Below are positions 32,795 through 42,604 of a stretch of DNA of 64,000 bases, one piece after another. A program made the translations under genes and the position numbers. The first letter of the stretch is position 1. Each line of letters begins with the position of its first letter. The stretch comes from SAR86 cluster bacterium AG-390-O18 (GTDB lineage: Bacteria; Pseudomonadota; Gammaproteobacteria; Magnimaribacterales; AG-339-G14): positions 474,075 to 538,074 of the forward strand of contig QCHF01000001.1 in the NCBI GenBank assembly GCA_003279605.1. The letters run 5' to 3'. Below the pieces are notes generated by a model. That model saw only the letters and a list, made by a program, of their open reading frames with translations, did no database searches and had not been told where the DNA came from.

Positions 32795-33397
32795 ATGAAA
32801 AATTTAACTAAAAGGCAAACTGAAATTTTTAATTACATTAAAGATGAAATTGAAAGTAATGGATATCCCCCTACCCGATCTGAAATTTCCAAAACCTTTG
32901 GGTTTAAATCACCTAATGCAGCTGAAGATCATTTAAAAGCATTGAAGAAAAAAGGGGTGCTTGATTTAGCTGCTGGTACATCGCGAGGAATTACTTTGTC
33001 AAATCAATCATCAGGAATTCCAGTGATTGGTTTAGTAAGTGCCGGAGGACCTATTTTAGCTGAAGAAAATATAGAAAAAACCATCCCAAATAATCCTGGA
33101 ATACTTTCACATGGAGTAGATTTTTATTTAAAAGTTAAGGGTGACAGTATGGTTGATGTAGGAATTTTTGAAAATGACCTTATTGCGATTAATAAAAATA
33201 TTCCTGTTAAAACTGGATCAATAGTTGTGGCTAGAATAAATGATGAAGTAACAGTAAAGACACTTACCAAGATTTCAGACTCTCAGGTAATCCTAAGGCC
33301 TGAAAATTCTTCTTACTCTGATATTAATGTAAATCCAAAAAAGGATAATCTTGTTTTTGAAGGAACTTGCGTAGGTCTTTTAAGAGATTTTTCTTAA
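32795..33397 (+). CDS. lexA: LexA repressor
   Basis: 200 aa. Cleavage site VSAG|GP, Ser in KGDSM, Lys in EVTVKTL. Its own SOS box lies upstream. Confidence 0.95.
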   Translation: MKNLTKRQTEIFNYIKDEIESNGYPPTRSEISKTFGFKSPNAAEDHLKALKKKGVLDLAAGTSRGITLSNQSSGIPVIGLVSAGGPILAEENIEKTIPNNPGILSHGVDFYLKVKGDSMVDVGIFENDLIAINKNIPVKTGSIVVARINDEVTVKTLTKISDSQVILRPENSSYSDINVNPKKDNLVFEGTCVGLLRDFS

Positions 33398-35967
33398 AGC
33401 TTTTCGTATTGGTCTATAGAAAATGCATCTTTAATTAAGCTATCTTGTTCAATTTCCTCTAACTTATAAAAGTTATTAGGACATTCAACCTCTTTCTCAC
33501 CACATTTTATAAATTTTACAAATTTAAATGCTTTCCCGGGCTTTCTAATTTTTATGCCAATTGGTCTTTTATCATCAGGATGAAAACCTAAAACTCTTAA
33601 AGATTTTAAAACAAACAATCTTGTATCTTTATTTTCATAATCAAGTTCATGAGGATTGTAATAAGAAACTTTGGGGTTTTTAGGTTTATCTTCCGGAGGT
33701 AGCTTGGATGCTTTATTAAAACCATCAAACTCAGTGTATTCTCCAAATCTTCCATTCTTTAAAAATATTGGTATTCCGCTATTCTCTTCTATGAATAATA
33801 TATTTTCTCCAGAATCTCTTTCTATTAGCTCTACTGCTCTGTTTAAACCAATATCTAAAATGTTTTCATCCTCATCAGGACTACCAAATATTTTTTTATC
33901 ATCTCTCATAGTCCAAACACAAGGACCATTAATACTCATGTCGGCAAAAATGGGCTCATTTAAATCAGGATGATTGCCTAACTCTTTTGGGAGTTCTTTA
34001 TAGGTTTCCCATGTAGTAGAAAAATCAAAAGGTTTTTTTGTCCATTTACATTCTGAGCAGCCGACAAAATATCCAAATTTTCCTTTTTTCAAACTCGTTT
34101 GGCTATCGCATTTAGGACAATTTCTAATAAATTTTCCTGATTCATCTCTAGGAAAGATAACTTCTTCTAGCTCTTCATTTAGCAAATCTAAAACTTGTCT
34201 AGTTTTAAAATTTTCACCATCGTTTAGAGGTATTCCATCAATTTTTTTGTTCAAATAATTTTGAAGTTCTTCCCAGAACTTATCCAAGACCTCAGTCCAA
34301 GAAATACTTCCTTCTGCAATTTTATCCAGTTCCGTTTCTAACTCAGCAGTGAATTTAGTTTCAATAAAAAATTCTTTATAAACCCCGCATAAATATGAAT
34401 TTAAAACTCTACCCAGATCAGATGGAGCAATTGATTTAGCTCCATAAGCATATTTTTTATCTCTAAGACCCTTCACAGTAGATGCATATGTTGAGGGTCT
34501 ACCTATTCCAAGCTCTTCCATTTTTTTTATAAGAGAGGCTTCAGAATATCGATTAGGAGGAGATGTAAATTTTTGCTCAGAAATGAATTCAACAAGACTT
34601 ACATTCTCGTTTTCCTTTAGATTTTCTGGGAATTCTATGATTTCTGAAGAATCTTTTTTAGAAAGAGTTTCAAAGCCTTCAAAGAGAGTTTTTCTAGAAG
34701 AAGCATTAAAAACATATTTATCATCTTTAGAACAAACTACTATTTTTTTTCTTTCATGTTGAGAGTTAGACATCTGACTTGAAAGAGTCCTATTCCAAAT
34801 TAAGGTATAAAGCTTTTGTTCGTCTTGCCCAAGGTTAATATTTTCTGGAAAAGTTTTAATGTTAGTAGGCCTTATTGCTTCATGAGCTTCTTGAGAATTT
34901 TTTACTTTGGATTTGTAGACTCTAACTTGGTCAGATAAAAATTTATCACCAAATTTTTCGACAATTACATTTCTAATTTCTTGCAAAGGAGGTGGTCCAG
35001 GATTCTCTTCGCTAAAAGGCTCTCCAGTATTGGGAGATGTACTTATGTTAATTCCATCTGTTCTCAAGTATGTAATTAAACCAGCTTCATAGAGATTCTG
35101 GGCTGCCCTCATAGTTCTGTCTGCGGTAAAACCCAAAAAACTGCTTGCGGTCATTTGTAAAGTCGATGTTCGAAATGGTGGATTTGGGGAACTACTTTGA
35201 GGTTTTGTTTCAATAGATTGGATATAGAACTCCTTAGAGTTCAATTCAGATTCAATTTCTTTCATATCTTTTTCTGAAGATATGGGGTTCTTTTTTAAAT
35301 CTTCTGCGTTGAATTTAGTTAGCTCAGCATCAAAAACAAAATCTTCATAGTTAAATTTACTCGATATAGGCCAATATTCTTCCTTAATGTGTTTATCTCT
35401 TTCAATTTCTCTTTCGCAGATGATTCTCAAAGAAGGAGATTGAACTCTTCCAGCAGATTTAGCTGGTGGAGCATGTCTCCAAACTAAAGGAGATACTTTA
35501 AATCCAATTAAATGGTCTAAAATCCGTCTTGCTAAATAAGCATCAACTAAGTCTTGATCAATTTCTCTTGGTGAATTTATAGCTTGCTTGATAGCTGATG
35601 AGGTAATTTCGTTAAAAGTGATTCTTTTAACTTCTTTATCTTTCAATAATTTTTTTTCAGAAAAATCTGAAAGTAAATGCCAAGCAATAGCCTCTCCTTC
35701 TCTATCTGGATCGGTTGCTAAATATACAGTATTTATAGTTTTGCAAATCTTCCTTAACTCTTTGATAGTTTTTTTTCCTTTTTGAGTTTCTTTCCAAGAT
35801 AAATCCATCCAGTTTTGTGGATTAACCGCATTTTCATCATCTGGAAGATCTCTAATATGACCCAAACAAGCTGCAACCTCCCATTGCTGATCTGGGAAGT
35901 TTCTATCCAAATATTCAGTGATCTTGGTTGCTTTTGCTCCAGACTCTACAATGACTAAATTTTTCAT
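33394..35967 (-). CDS. topA: DNA topoisomerase I
   Basis: 857 aa. Toprim N-terminus MKNLVIVESGAKA, catalytic-Tyr region ITYLRTDG, C-terminal Zn ribbon CPKC...CSEC. Confidence 0.95.
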   Translation of the reverse strand: MKNLVIVESGAKATKITEYLDRNFPDQQWEVAACLGHIRDLPDDENAVNPQNWMDLSWKETQKGKKTIKELRKICKTINTVYLATDPDREGEAIAWHLLSDFSEKKLLKDKEVKRITFNEITSSAIKQAINSPREIDQDLVDAYLARRILDHLIGFKVSPLVWRHAPPAKSAGRVQSPSLRIICEREIERDKHIKEEYWPISSKFNYEDFVFDAELTKFNAEDLKKNPISSEKDMKEIESELNSKEFYIQSIETKPQSSSPNPPFRTSTLQMTASSFLGFTADRTMRAAQNLYEAGLITYLRTDGINISTSPNTGEPFSEENPGPPPLQEIRNVIVEKFGDKFLSDQVRVYKSKVKNSQEAHEAIRPTNIKTFPENINLGQDEQKLYTLIWNRTLSSQMSNSQHERKKIVVCSKDDKYVFNASSRKTLFEGFETLSKKDSSEIIEFPENLKENENVSLVEFISEQKFTSPPNRYSEASLIKKMEELGIGRPSTYASTVKGLRDKKYAYGAKSIAPSDLGRVLNSYLCGVYKEFFIETKFTAELETELDKIAEGSISWTEVLDKFWEELQNYLNKKIDGIPLNDGENFKTRQVLDLLNEELEEVIFPRDESGKFIRNCPKCDSQTSLKKGKFGYFVGCSECKWTKKPFDFSTTWETYKELPKELGNHPDLNEPIFADMSINGPCVWTMRDDKKIFGSPDEDENILDIGLNRAVELIERDSGENILFIEENSGIPIFLKNGRFGEYTEFDGFNKASKLPPEDKPKNPKVSYYNPHELDYENKDTRLFVLKSLRVLGFHPDDKRPIGIKIRKPGKAFKFVKFIKCGEKEVECPNNFYKLEEIEQDSLIKDAFSIDQYEKL

Positions 35968-36001
35968 CCTTTTTTAATATGAGGTATTTTTTACAGTTTT
36001 G

Positions 36002-37033
36002 TCAAGAAGACGAAATTTTTAAAGCTTTTTTTAAAAGCGAATTGCCTTTATAGATGTATCCCGTATAAAGCTGAACTAAATCTGCTGAATTAGATAATCT
36101 AACCTTAACATCACTGGAACTCATCACTCCACCTGAAGCAATTAGAGAAGATTTTTCTTGTTTCAATTGAGCTACTTTTTTCTGAATATTTTCTGCTTTT
36201 TTAGTAAGCTTTGCACCACTCATACCACCTTGATTTGGATAAGTATGTTCAGTAGTTGTATTGCAACATATAAAACCATCTATATTATTTTTTTCTGAAA
36301 CTTTAATTAAGTTTTTTAAATTATCGTCTGTTTCATCTGGAGAAAGTTTGACAAAAATAGGAGTATTCTTTTTATGCATATCAACTAATTGAACTTTTTT
36401 TTGAGAAATCTTTTCTATTAGAAACTCAAGATTTTCATGAGCAGATAATTCTCTGAGGTTTTGAGTGTTTGGAGATGAAATATTAATGGCAAGATAATCA
36501 GCTTCGAGATAAAAATAATCCATTAAATGGAGATAATCTTGCCAGGCATTTTTAGTTTTTGTGTTCTTACTTTTCCCAATACTAATTCCAAGAATACCGT
36601 CAAACATAGGTTTATATTTTTTTATATTTTTGAGAACTTGAACAGAACCAGCATTGTTAAAACCCAATGAATTTACAAGTGTTTTATCTTTGGCAAACCT
36701 AAAAATTCTTGGCTTTGGATTACCAATTTGGGGTTCCAAAGTTACTGTACCTATCTCAACAAAACCAAAACCAAGGGAGCTAAGAATATGAAAATATTCT
36801 GCATTTTTATCTAAACCGCCTGCAATTCCAATTCTATTTTTGAATGATAAATTTTTTATATTTATTTTAGATTTTTCAATGTTATTTGAAGCAAATAAAC
36901 TAATTAGATTTAAACTATAAACTAACTTTAAAAGCTTAAGGGTTATATTTTTAGCCGTCTCTGCAGAAAAAATTCTTAATATTAATAAAGTTAGATCTTC
37001 TAAAAATTTTATCAATTTAATTGTTAAGCGCAC
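36002..37033 (-). CDS. pyrD: Dihydroorotate dehydrogenase (quinone), class 2
   Basis: 343 aa. N-terminal membrane-association extension, NISSPNT motif and a C-terminal GG..S FMN motif. Confidence 0.88.
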   Translation of the reverse strand: MRLTIKLIKFLEDLTLLILRIFSAETAKNITLKLLKLVYSLNLISLFASNNIEKSKINIKNLSFKNRIGIAGGLDKNAEYFHILSSLGFGFVEIGTVTLEPQIGNPKPRIFRFAKDKTLVNSLGFNNAGSVQVLKNIKKYKPMFDGILGISIGKSKNTKTKNAWQDYLHLMDYFYLEADYLAINISSPNTQNLRELSAHENLEFLIEKISQKKVQLVDMHKKNTPIFVKLSPDETDDNLKNLIKVSEKNNIDGFICCNTTTEHTYPNQGGMSGAKLTKKAENIQKKVAQLKQEKSSLIASGGVMSSSDVKVRLSNSADLVQLYTGYIYKGNSLLKKALKISSS

Positions 37034-39779
37034 TTATAGCTGCTGCTGCAGTAGCAAAGTTTGCAAGAATAGGTGTAAAAATTCTAAAAATTGAAATTGC
37101 ATTAAATGGAGTAGAATCTCTTGGAACTATGATGGTAGAGCCTGGTTCGATTTTACTTCTACCAATTCTCCATGAATCTAAATTTCTAACTGCTTGGCCA
37201 TTTGGGAGAATCACGAAAATTCCTCTTTTATCTGCAGAATCTGCCATACCTCCCGCTAACTTAATGTAATCATTCACTCGAAGGTTTTTTGAATAGACAA
37301 AACTAGTTGGAGCTAAAACTTCTCCAGTTACAGTAATAGTAGACTTTTCTGAAGGAATATAGATCCTATCGCCAGAATTTAAAACGATATCTATTTCAGG
37401 ATTTTTTTTCAATCTTTCTAAAGACATCTCTGTAACAATTCTACCTACAGGTGAAATATCTTTTAACCTAGTAATTAAGTTAGAAATTACTGAAAGAGCA
37501 AGCTGAGGATTACCTGTATTTGTGATTGCTCCACTTGTTAAAGAAGTAGCTATGCCCTCCTCCAATTGATCGGCTGCTCTATTGAAAGCCTCCTTTTCTC
37601 TTTTAGCTACAGAAGATCTTGTAAATACTCCTCCGTATGGATAAGCATTTTTTTCATATCCTCCAGCTCTTTCTAATAAAGAGCTTAATTTTTCACCTTT
37701 GGAAATGGAGTAAGTCCCTGGATTTTTAATAAAACCACTCACGGATACTGAGAAAGTTTCTTGTTTATCAGGATCTTGTTGCAATACGATTGATTTGGGG
37801 AATGAGGAAGAAAAAATCATATTTTCTGATTCATTAAAATTAATATTCTGAATATCTTTTTCAGAATAAAAAATTTCATAATTTCCAGATTTTCCTAAGT
37901 TGGTTGCTCCTCCAGCAAAAGATGTTAAATTCTTTAAATTAATATTATTTGTTATTGGATAAAATCCAGGCTTTCTAATTTCTCCACTTACAAGAGAAGC
38001 ATTTTCTAAAGCAACGATAAGTAAATCTGGGTTGTCTTCAAAGATTTTTGGACAGCCCTCATTTAAGCCCAATCGGTCAGAAATATTAGTTTCTGAAGTC
38101 GAAAATTTTAAACTTTTAAGATTTGAAATAAGCGTGGAAGCATTGAATTTAGCAACATACTTCAATGACTTACACGGATATCTATCATCCGGTATGAATT
38201 TAGATAAATTTTTTCTTTTTAGATTAAATTCTTCTCTTTTTTCTGCATCAGTACTTGTTGACTGTCTTCGAGAAGAATCTATTTGATCGGTAGAAGTCAA
38301 AGGAGCTGCATTATTTTGAGAAGCAAGATTTTTTTTCTTTTCTTCCTCGTAAAAAAGATCAATCTTAATTTTATCTTCTTCTGATAAAAGTCCTAATGCA
38401 TCAGCTAAAAGAGCTGAATTTATAAAATCTATATCGTATTGAGAAAATACATAAATGAAATCGTTAGGCTTAAGATTGAATTCTTCTCTGGTTTTTAAAT
38501 TTAGATCAGTTGCAAGAAATTCTCTTGAGCCATTATCATCTCGTCTAGAAATAATGCTAAAAGGAAGGTAAGTTTTATCAGTTAAGTCATTTTCATCGAT
38601 GAAGTCTGAAACCTTAGAATTTTCAATAAAAGAATAAACTCCTCTGTTACTTAAAAAACCTTCTATGCGAATATTATTTGAAAGCTTCCCAGATAGATCA
38701 TGAATAAAAATTTCATCAGAATCTTTTAATTTAATGGAATTAATATTTTTTAAAGAGTAATCAGTAAATTCCCTCTCTCCCTGATCATTTAATCTGCTTA
38801 GTGTTATCTTGTTTTTATCAGCTTTACTTGATAGGCCAGATGCAAAATTCAAAACATCCTTAAATGTTTCACCTTCCTTGATTTCATAAATTGCTGGTCT
38901 ATTAACATTTCCCCAAATTTTTACCCTTTCTCCAACAGGATTTACAAGTAATGCATCTCCAGATTGAATTCTTAAATCATTTGAAGTATTGGCATTAATT
39001 AGTAATTCATACATATCTAAAGAGCCTATTTCTTTATTTGCTCTTTTTAAAGATATGTTTCTTAAGGAGCCATTCTCGGTTGGTCCCCTAGTATTAAAAA
39101 GAATGCTTGAAATTGAAGATAGTGGTGAAAAATTGTAAGAGCCAGGTCTTTTTGAATTTCCCAATACAAAGACCTGTATTGTTCTGAGTCTACTCAATGA
39201 AATTTCGGCTTCTGTTCCAATCAACGAAGCTTGAGTAATATTTTTTAATTTTTCTGAGGCCTCATCAAAGGTCAAGCCGCTAAAAGATATAGTTCCTAAT
39301 TCTCTTAAAAAGACATTACCTTCTCGATTTACTGAAACTTTTTTGATGGCCTGAATGCTTCCAGAGAAACTTATAGTTAATTCATCTCCAGGACCTAAGA
39401 CATATTCTCTAGGAGCTGCAATGATACCGCTGGAATCAAATGAAGTTTCTATATCAAAAAGATCGTAACCAAAAAAAGAAGGGATTACGTTATCAAACTC
39501 ATCATACTCAACAGATCTCTCATCTGTTTCTAAGAAAGAATCTCTTCTTGACTGATTTAATTCATCATAATCTGAGTTTTCTTCAACATCTGTGCTGATT
39601 CTAGATTCAACAGAAGATCTAATTGATTCAGGTAAAAATCTAAGATATTCGTCGTAATCACTAACTTGAGCAAAAGAATTAGTAATAAAAAAAAGTAAAA
39701 ATAAATTTTTTATTTTATTTAACAATTGGAAGGCCCCAGTAAAGTTTTGATCTGCACGCTTCAAAGTAGTCATAATCAT
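37017..39779 (-). CDS. Large Wza-like polysaccharide-export family protein with six SLBB-type repeats
   Basis: A Poly_export-like segment YVLGPGDELTISFSG is followed by six repeats of (V/I)xGxVxxPGxY: VLGNSKRPGSY, IWGNVNRPAIY, IEGFLSNRGVY, VSGEIRKPGFY, VSGFIKNPGTY, VTGEVLAPTSF. The C-terminus has a hydrophobic helix. The true start is probably TTG at 39725, which gives the signal peptide MLNKIKNLFLLFFITNSFA|Q. The ATG at 39779 would overlap nadK by 65 bp. Confidence 0.65.
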   Translation of the reverse strand: MIMTTLKRADQNFTGAFQLLNKIKNLFLLFFITNSFAQVSDYDEYLRFLPESIRSSVESRISTDVEENSDYDELNQSRRDSFLETDERSVEYDEFDNVIPSFFGYDLFDIETSFDSSGIIAAPREYVLGPGDELTISFSGSIQAIKKVSVNREGNVFLRELGTISFSGLTFDEASEKLKNITQASLIGTEAEISLSRLRTIQVFVLGNSKRPGSYNFSPLSSISSILFNTRGPTENGSLRNISLKRANKEIGSLDMYELLINANTSNDLRIQSGDALLVNPVGERVKIWGNVNRPAIYEIKEGETFKDVLNFASGLSSKADKNKITLSRLNDQGEREFTDYSLKNINSIKLKDSDEIFIHDLSGKLSNNIRIEGFLSNRGVYSFIENSKVSDFIDENDLTDKTYLPFSIISRRDDNGSREFLATDLNLKTREEFNLKPNDFIYVFSQYDIDFINSALLADALGLLSEEDKIKIDLFYEEEKKKNLASQNNAAPLTSTDQIDSSRRQSTSTDAEKREEFNLKRKNLSKFIPDDRYPCKSLKYVAKFNASTLISNLKSLKFSTSETNISDRLGLNEGCPKIFEDNPDLLIVALENASLVSGEIRKPGFYPITNNINLKNLTSFAGGATNLGKSGNYEIFYSEKDIQNINFNESENMIFSSSFPKSIVLQQDPDKQETFSVSVSGFIKNPGTYSISKGEKLSSLLERAGGYEKNAYPYGGVFTRSSVAKREKEAFNRAADQLEEGIATSLTSGAITNTGNPQLALSVISNLITRLKDISPVGRIVTEMSLERLKKNPEIDIVLNSGDRIYIPSEKSTITVTGEVLAPTSFVYSKNLRVNDYIKLAGGMADSADKRGIFVILPNGQAVRNLDSWRIGRSKIEPGSTIIVPRDSTPFNAISIFRIFTPILANFATAAAAISALNN

Positions 39780-40548
39780 TTGGATGAATTAAACGATATC
39801 TTGTTGAGCTATTTTTTATCTTCAGAGAATCTCCAGAATTTAGATCAAATTCATTATGCCCATCAAGAATAACTTTTGCTTTTTCATCATGTTCATATTT
39901 AAGTTCCAATTCATCTTCTGCTGGAATTATCAGCGGTCTAGTAGATGAGCTGTGTGAAAACATCGGCATAATAGCAAAAACATCCAGTGTAGGATATAAA
40001 ACTGGTCCACCGCCCGAATACATATAGGCTGTTGATCCAGTTGCAGACGAAACAATTAATCCGTCTGATTTATGATTAGCAATTAATTTATTATTTTTAA
40101 AAAGAGAAAAACTAGTCATTTTTGCAAGTTCTCCTGAATGGAGAACGACTTCATTTACTAAAAGAAAAGAATTATTTTTATCCGAAACTTCTAAAAGATT
40201 TCTTGACTCTTCTTGGTAATTGCCTGTTAAAATTTTAGGTAGTTCAAGTTCTAAAGAACCCAATTGCAAATCTGTTAAGAAACCGAGTTTGCCTATATTC
40301 ACTCCTAGGAAAGGAGTATTCAAATGGCAAAGATCTCTTATGGCTCCTATCATCGTACCGTCTCCACCAATTACCAAAATAAGATCTTCAGATGCGTCTA
40401 ATTTTTTTAATTCTTTTTGAGACTTATTAGCTACGATGTGATTTATGGCGACATTATTTTCCTCAAGAGTTTTTTCACACCTTTTCAAGGTTTCTTTGTA
40501 GTCTCTGGTTGAGGAATGAATGATGTTTATTGACGAAATTTTATCCAT
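39715..40548 (-). CDS. nadK: NAD kinase
   Basis: 277 aa. GGDGTM motif and a conserved C-terminal domain. Confidence 0.9.
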   Translation of the reverse strand: MDKISSINIIHSSTRDYKETLKRCEKTLEENNVAINHIVANKSQKELKKLDASEDLILVIGGDGTMIGAIRDLCHLNTPFLGVNIGKLGFLTDLQLGSLELELPKILTGNYQEESRNLLEVSDKNNSFLLVNEVVLHSGELAKMTSFSLFKNNKLIANHKSDGLIVSSATGSTAYMYSGGGPVLYPTLDVFAIMPMFSHSSSTRPLIIPAEDELELKYEHDEKAKVILDGHNEFDLNSGDSLKIKNSSTRYRLIHPNDYDYFEACRSKLYWGLPIVK

Positions 40549-41281
40549 TTGTTGTTTGTAAATCTTTTGGATTAAAGTTTCTCACGAAATAAATGAATAT
40601 TGTATCTACTATTGCTATAAAAAACTTAAAGACGTATTTAGTTAATGCAATTCCCAGGGCTACTTTGAATGACATTTGCCCTGCCAAAACCCATACGAAA
40701 GTGTATATGAAAGTATCAAGAGCTTGAGAGCTCAAAGTTGAAACATTATTTCTTAGCCAAAGATACTTATCGCCAGTTATTGTTTTGATTTTATGAAAAA
40801 CCCATACGTCAAAAGTCTGACTTATTAAATATGCCGTTATCGATCCTATTACGAATATAGGCGAGTAAAGAGCTAGAGTAGATATTGCTTGATGAACTTC
40901 ATTGGCTGACGTAGCTATTCCTGATGGCAAATAATAAGTGCTTAAAACAAGAGTAAACATTACTATTACGTTTGCTACTGCTCCAATAATTACCGCCCTA
41001 TTTGCTTCTGCTCTGCCATATTTTTCATTCAATAAATCCGTTGCAAAGTATATCCCCGAATACATTATCGCTCCCATACTCACTACAAACGTATTTCCAA
41101 AAATAGTAAGTTCACTTACTTTGCCGCCCTGTAAGTTTGCGAGAATAATTCCTAGAATTACTGCGGTATAAAGTCCATTCTTACCGAAAAAATAGAACAA
41201 TATTATTGCCAAAGTTAAGTCATAAAACACCGTAAATATCCATAAAAATTCTGGATTTTGGCTAAAAAATTCTAAGTTCAT
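40541..41281 (-). CDS. yhhQ: Queuosine-precursor transporter (YhhQ/VUT family, DUF165)
   Basis: 246 aa and polytopic. Conserved FDVWVFHKIK...WLRNNVSTLSSQALDT region. Confidence 0.7.
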   Translation of the reverse strand: MNLEFFSQNPEFLWIFTVFYDLTLAIILFYFFGKNGLYTAVILGIILANLQGGKVSELTIFGNTFVVSMGAIMYSGIYFATDLLNEKYGRAEANRAVIIGAVANVIVMFTLVLSTYYLPSGIATSANEVHQAISTLALYSPIFVIGSITAYLISQTFDVWVFHKIKTITGDKYLWLRNNVSTLSSQALDTFIYTFVWVLAGQMSFKVALGIALTKYVFKFFIAIVDTIFIYFVRNFNPKDLQTTNG

Positions 41282-41362
41282 GGCTGATTAATTATTAAAA
41301 ATTGCTACAATTAGACACGTTTAGAAACAAAAAATCACTTAAAAACTTATATTATAAAAATT

Positions 41363-42580
41363 ATGGAAAATTTAGATCAATTTAGAAAAGAAACAAAAGA
41401 ATGGCTTAAAGAGAATTGTCCGCCTGAAATGAAAAAACCAATGGGTCCTGGAGATGTAGTGTGGGGAGGAAGAAACTGTAAATTCCCTCACCCAGATGCA
41501 AAATTGTGGTTGGAAAGAATGGGTGAAAAAGGTTGGACTTGCCCTACGTGGCCTAAAGAGTATGGTGGTGGTGGTCTAAGTTTTGACGAAAATAAAATTC
41601 TGCAAGAAGAATTAATGGCTATAAGAGCTAGACCAGCATTATCGAGTTTTGGTATCTGGATGCTTGGGCCGGCGCTACTTGAATTTGCTTCTGAAGAACA
41701 AAAAAAGAAGTACATTCCTGAAATTGTCAAAGGAGAGATTAGATGGTGCCAAGGTTATAGTGAACCTGGGTCTGGATCAGATCTTGCTAGTCTCAAGACT
41801 AAAGCTGAAGACAATGGAGATCATTTTGTAGTAAATGGTCAAAAGGTTTGGACTTCTTATGCTGATGACTGTGACATGATATTCACTTTAGTAAGAACAG
41901 GTCCTCAAGAACCGAAACACAATGGTATAAGTTTTTTACTTATCGATATGGATCAACCGGGAGTTACAACTAAACCGATAAAACTTATCTCAGGAAAATC
42001 TCCCTTTTGTGAAACTTTTTTTGATAATGCGATTGTTCCAAAAGAAAATTTAGTTAGCGAATTAAATAAAGGCTGGGATGTTGCAAAAAGGCTTCTTCAA
42101 CATGAAAGAAATATGATTGCTGGAATGGGTCTTGGAGGCGCAGGCTCTGCTAAAAAGAAAAAAGATCAAACTATTTCATCAGGAATGGCAACCATGGCAA
42201 AAACATATGTTGGAGAAGATGAAGGAAGGTTGGCAAATCCGGGTTTGAGACAAAAAATTGCATCTTTTGATATTAACTCACATGCATTTTCTCTCACAAT
42301 GAAAAGAGCAAGTGAGGAAAGTAAGTCTTCAAATTCTGGGCCGAGTCCTGCATCATCAATGTTTAAATATTATGGTAGTGAGAGTAATAAACTCAGATAT
42401 GAATTAATGCTTGAAGCAATGGGTACGAAAGCTCTTGGATGGGAAGGAGAAGGCTTTGGTCCTGCAGAACTTGCAATTACTAGAGAGTGGCTTAGAACTA
42501 AGGCTAATTCAATTGAAGGCGGAACTTCAGAAGTTCAGCTTAATATTATTGCGAAGCGAGTCTTAGATCTGCCTCAATAA
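41363..42580 (+). CDS. Acyl-CoA dehydrogenase family protein, putative catalytic (alpha) subunit
   Basis: 405 aa. CQGYSEPGSGSDLASL motif. The C-terminal SIEGGTSEVQLNII carries Glu at the MCAD E376-equivalent position. Confidence 0.85.
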   Translation: MENLDQFRKETKEWLKENCPPEMKKPMGPGDVVWGGRNCKFPHPDAKLWLERMGEKGWTCPTWPKEYGGGGLSFDENKILQEELMAIRARPALSSFGIWMLGPALLEFASEEQKKKYIPEIVKGEIRWCQGYSEPGSGSDLASLKTKAEDNGDHFVVNGQKVWTSYADDCDMIFTLVRTGPQEPKHNGISFLLIDMDQPGVTTKPIKLISGKSPFCETFFDNAIVPKENLVSELNKGWDVAKRLLQHERNMIAGMGLGGAGSAKKKKDQTISSGMATMAKTYVGEDEGRLANPGLRQKIASFDINSHAFSLTMKRASEESKSSNSGPSPASSMFKYYGSESNKLRYELMLEAMGTKALGWEGEGFGPAELAITREWLRTKANSIEGGTSEVQLNIIAKRVLDLPQ

Positions 42581-42604
42581 TAAAAATTTCTTTGGGAGAA
42601 AAAA

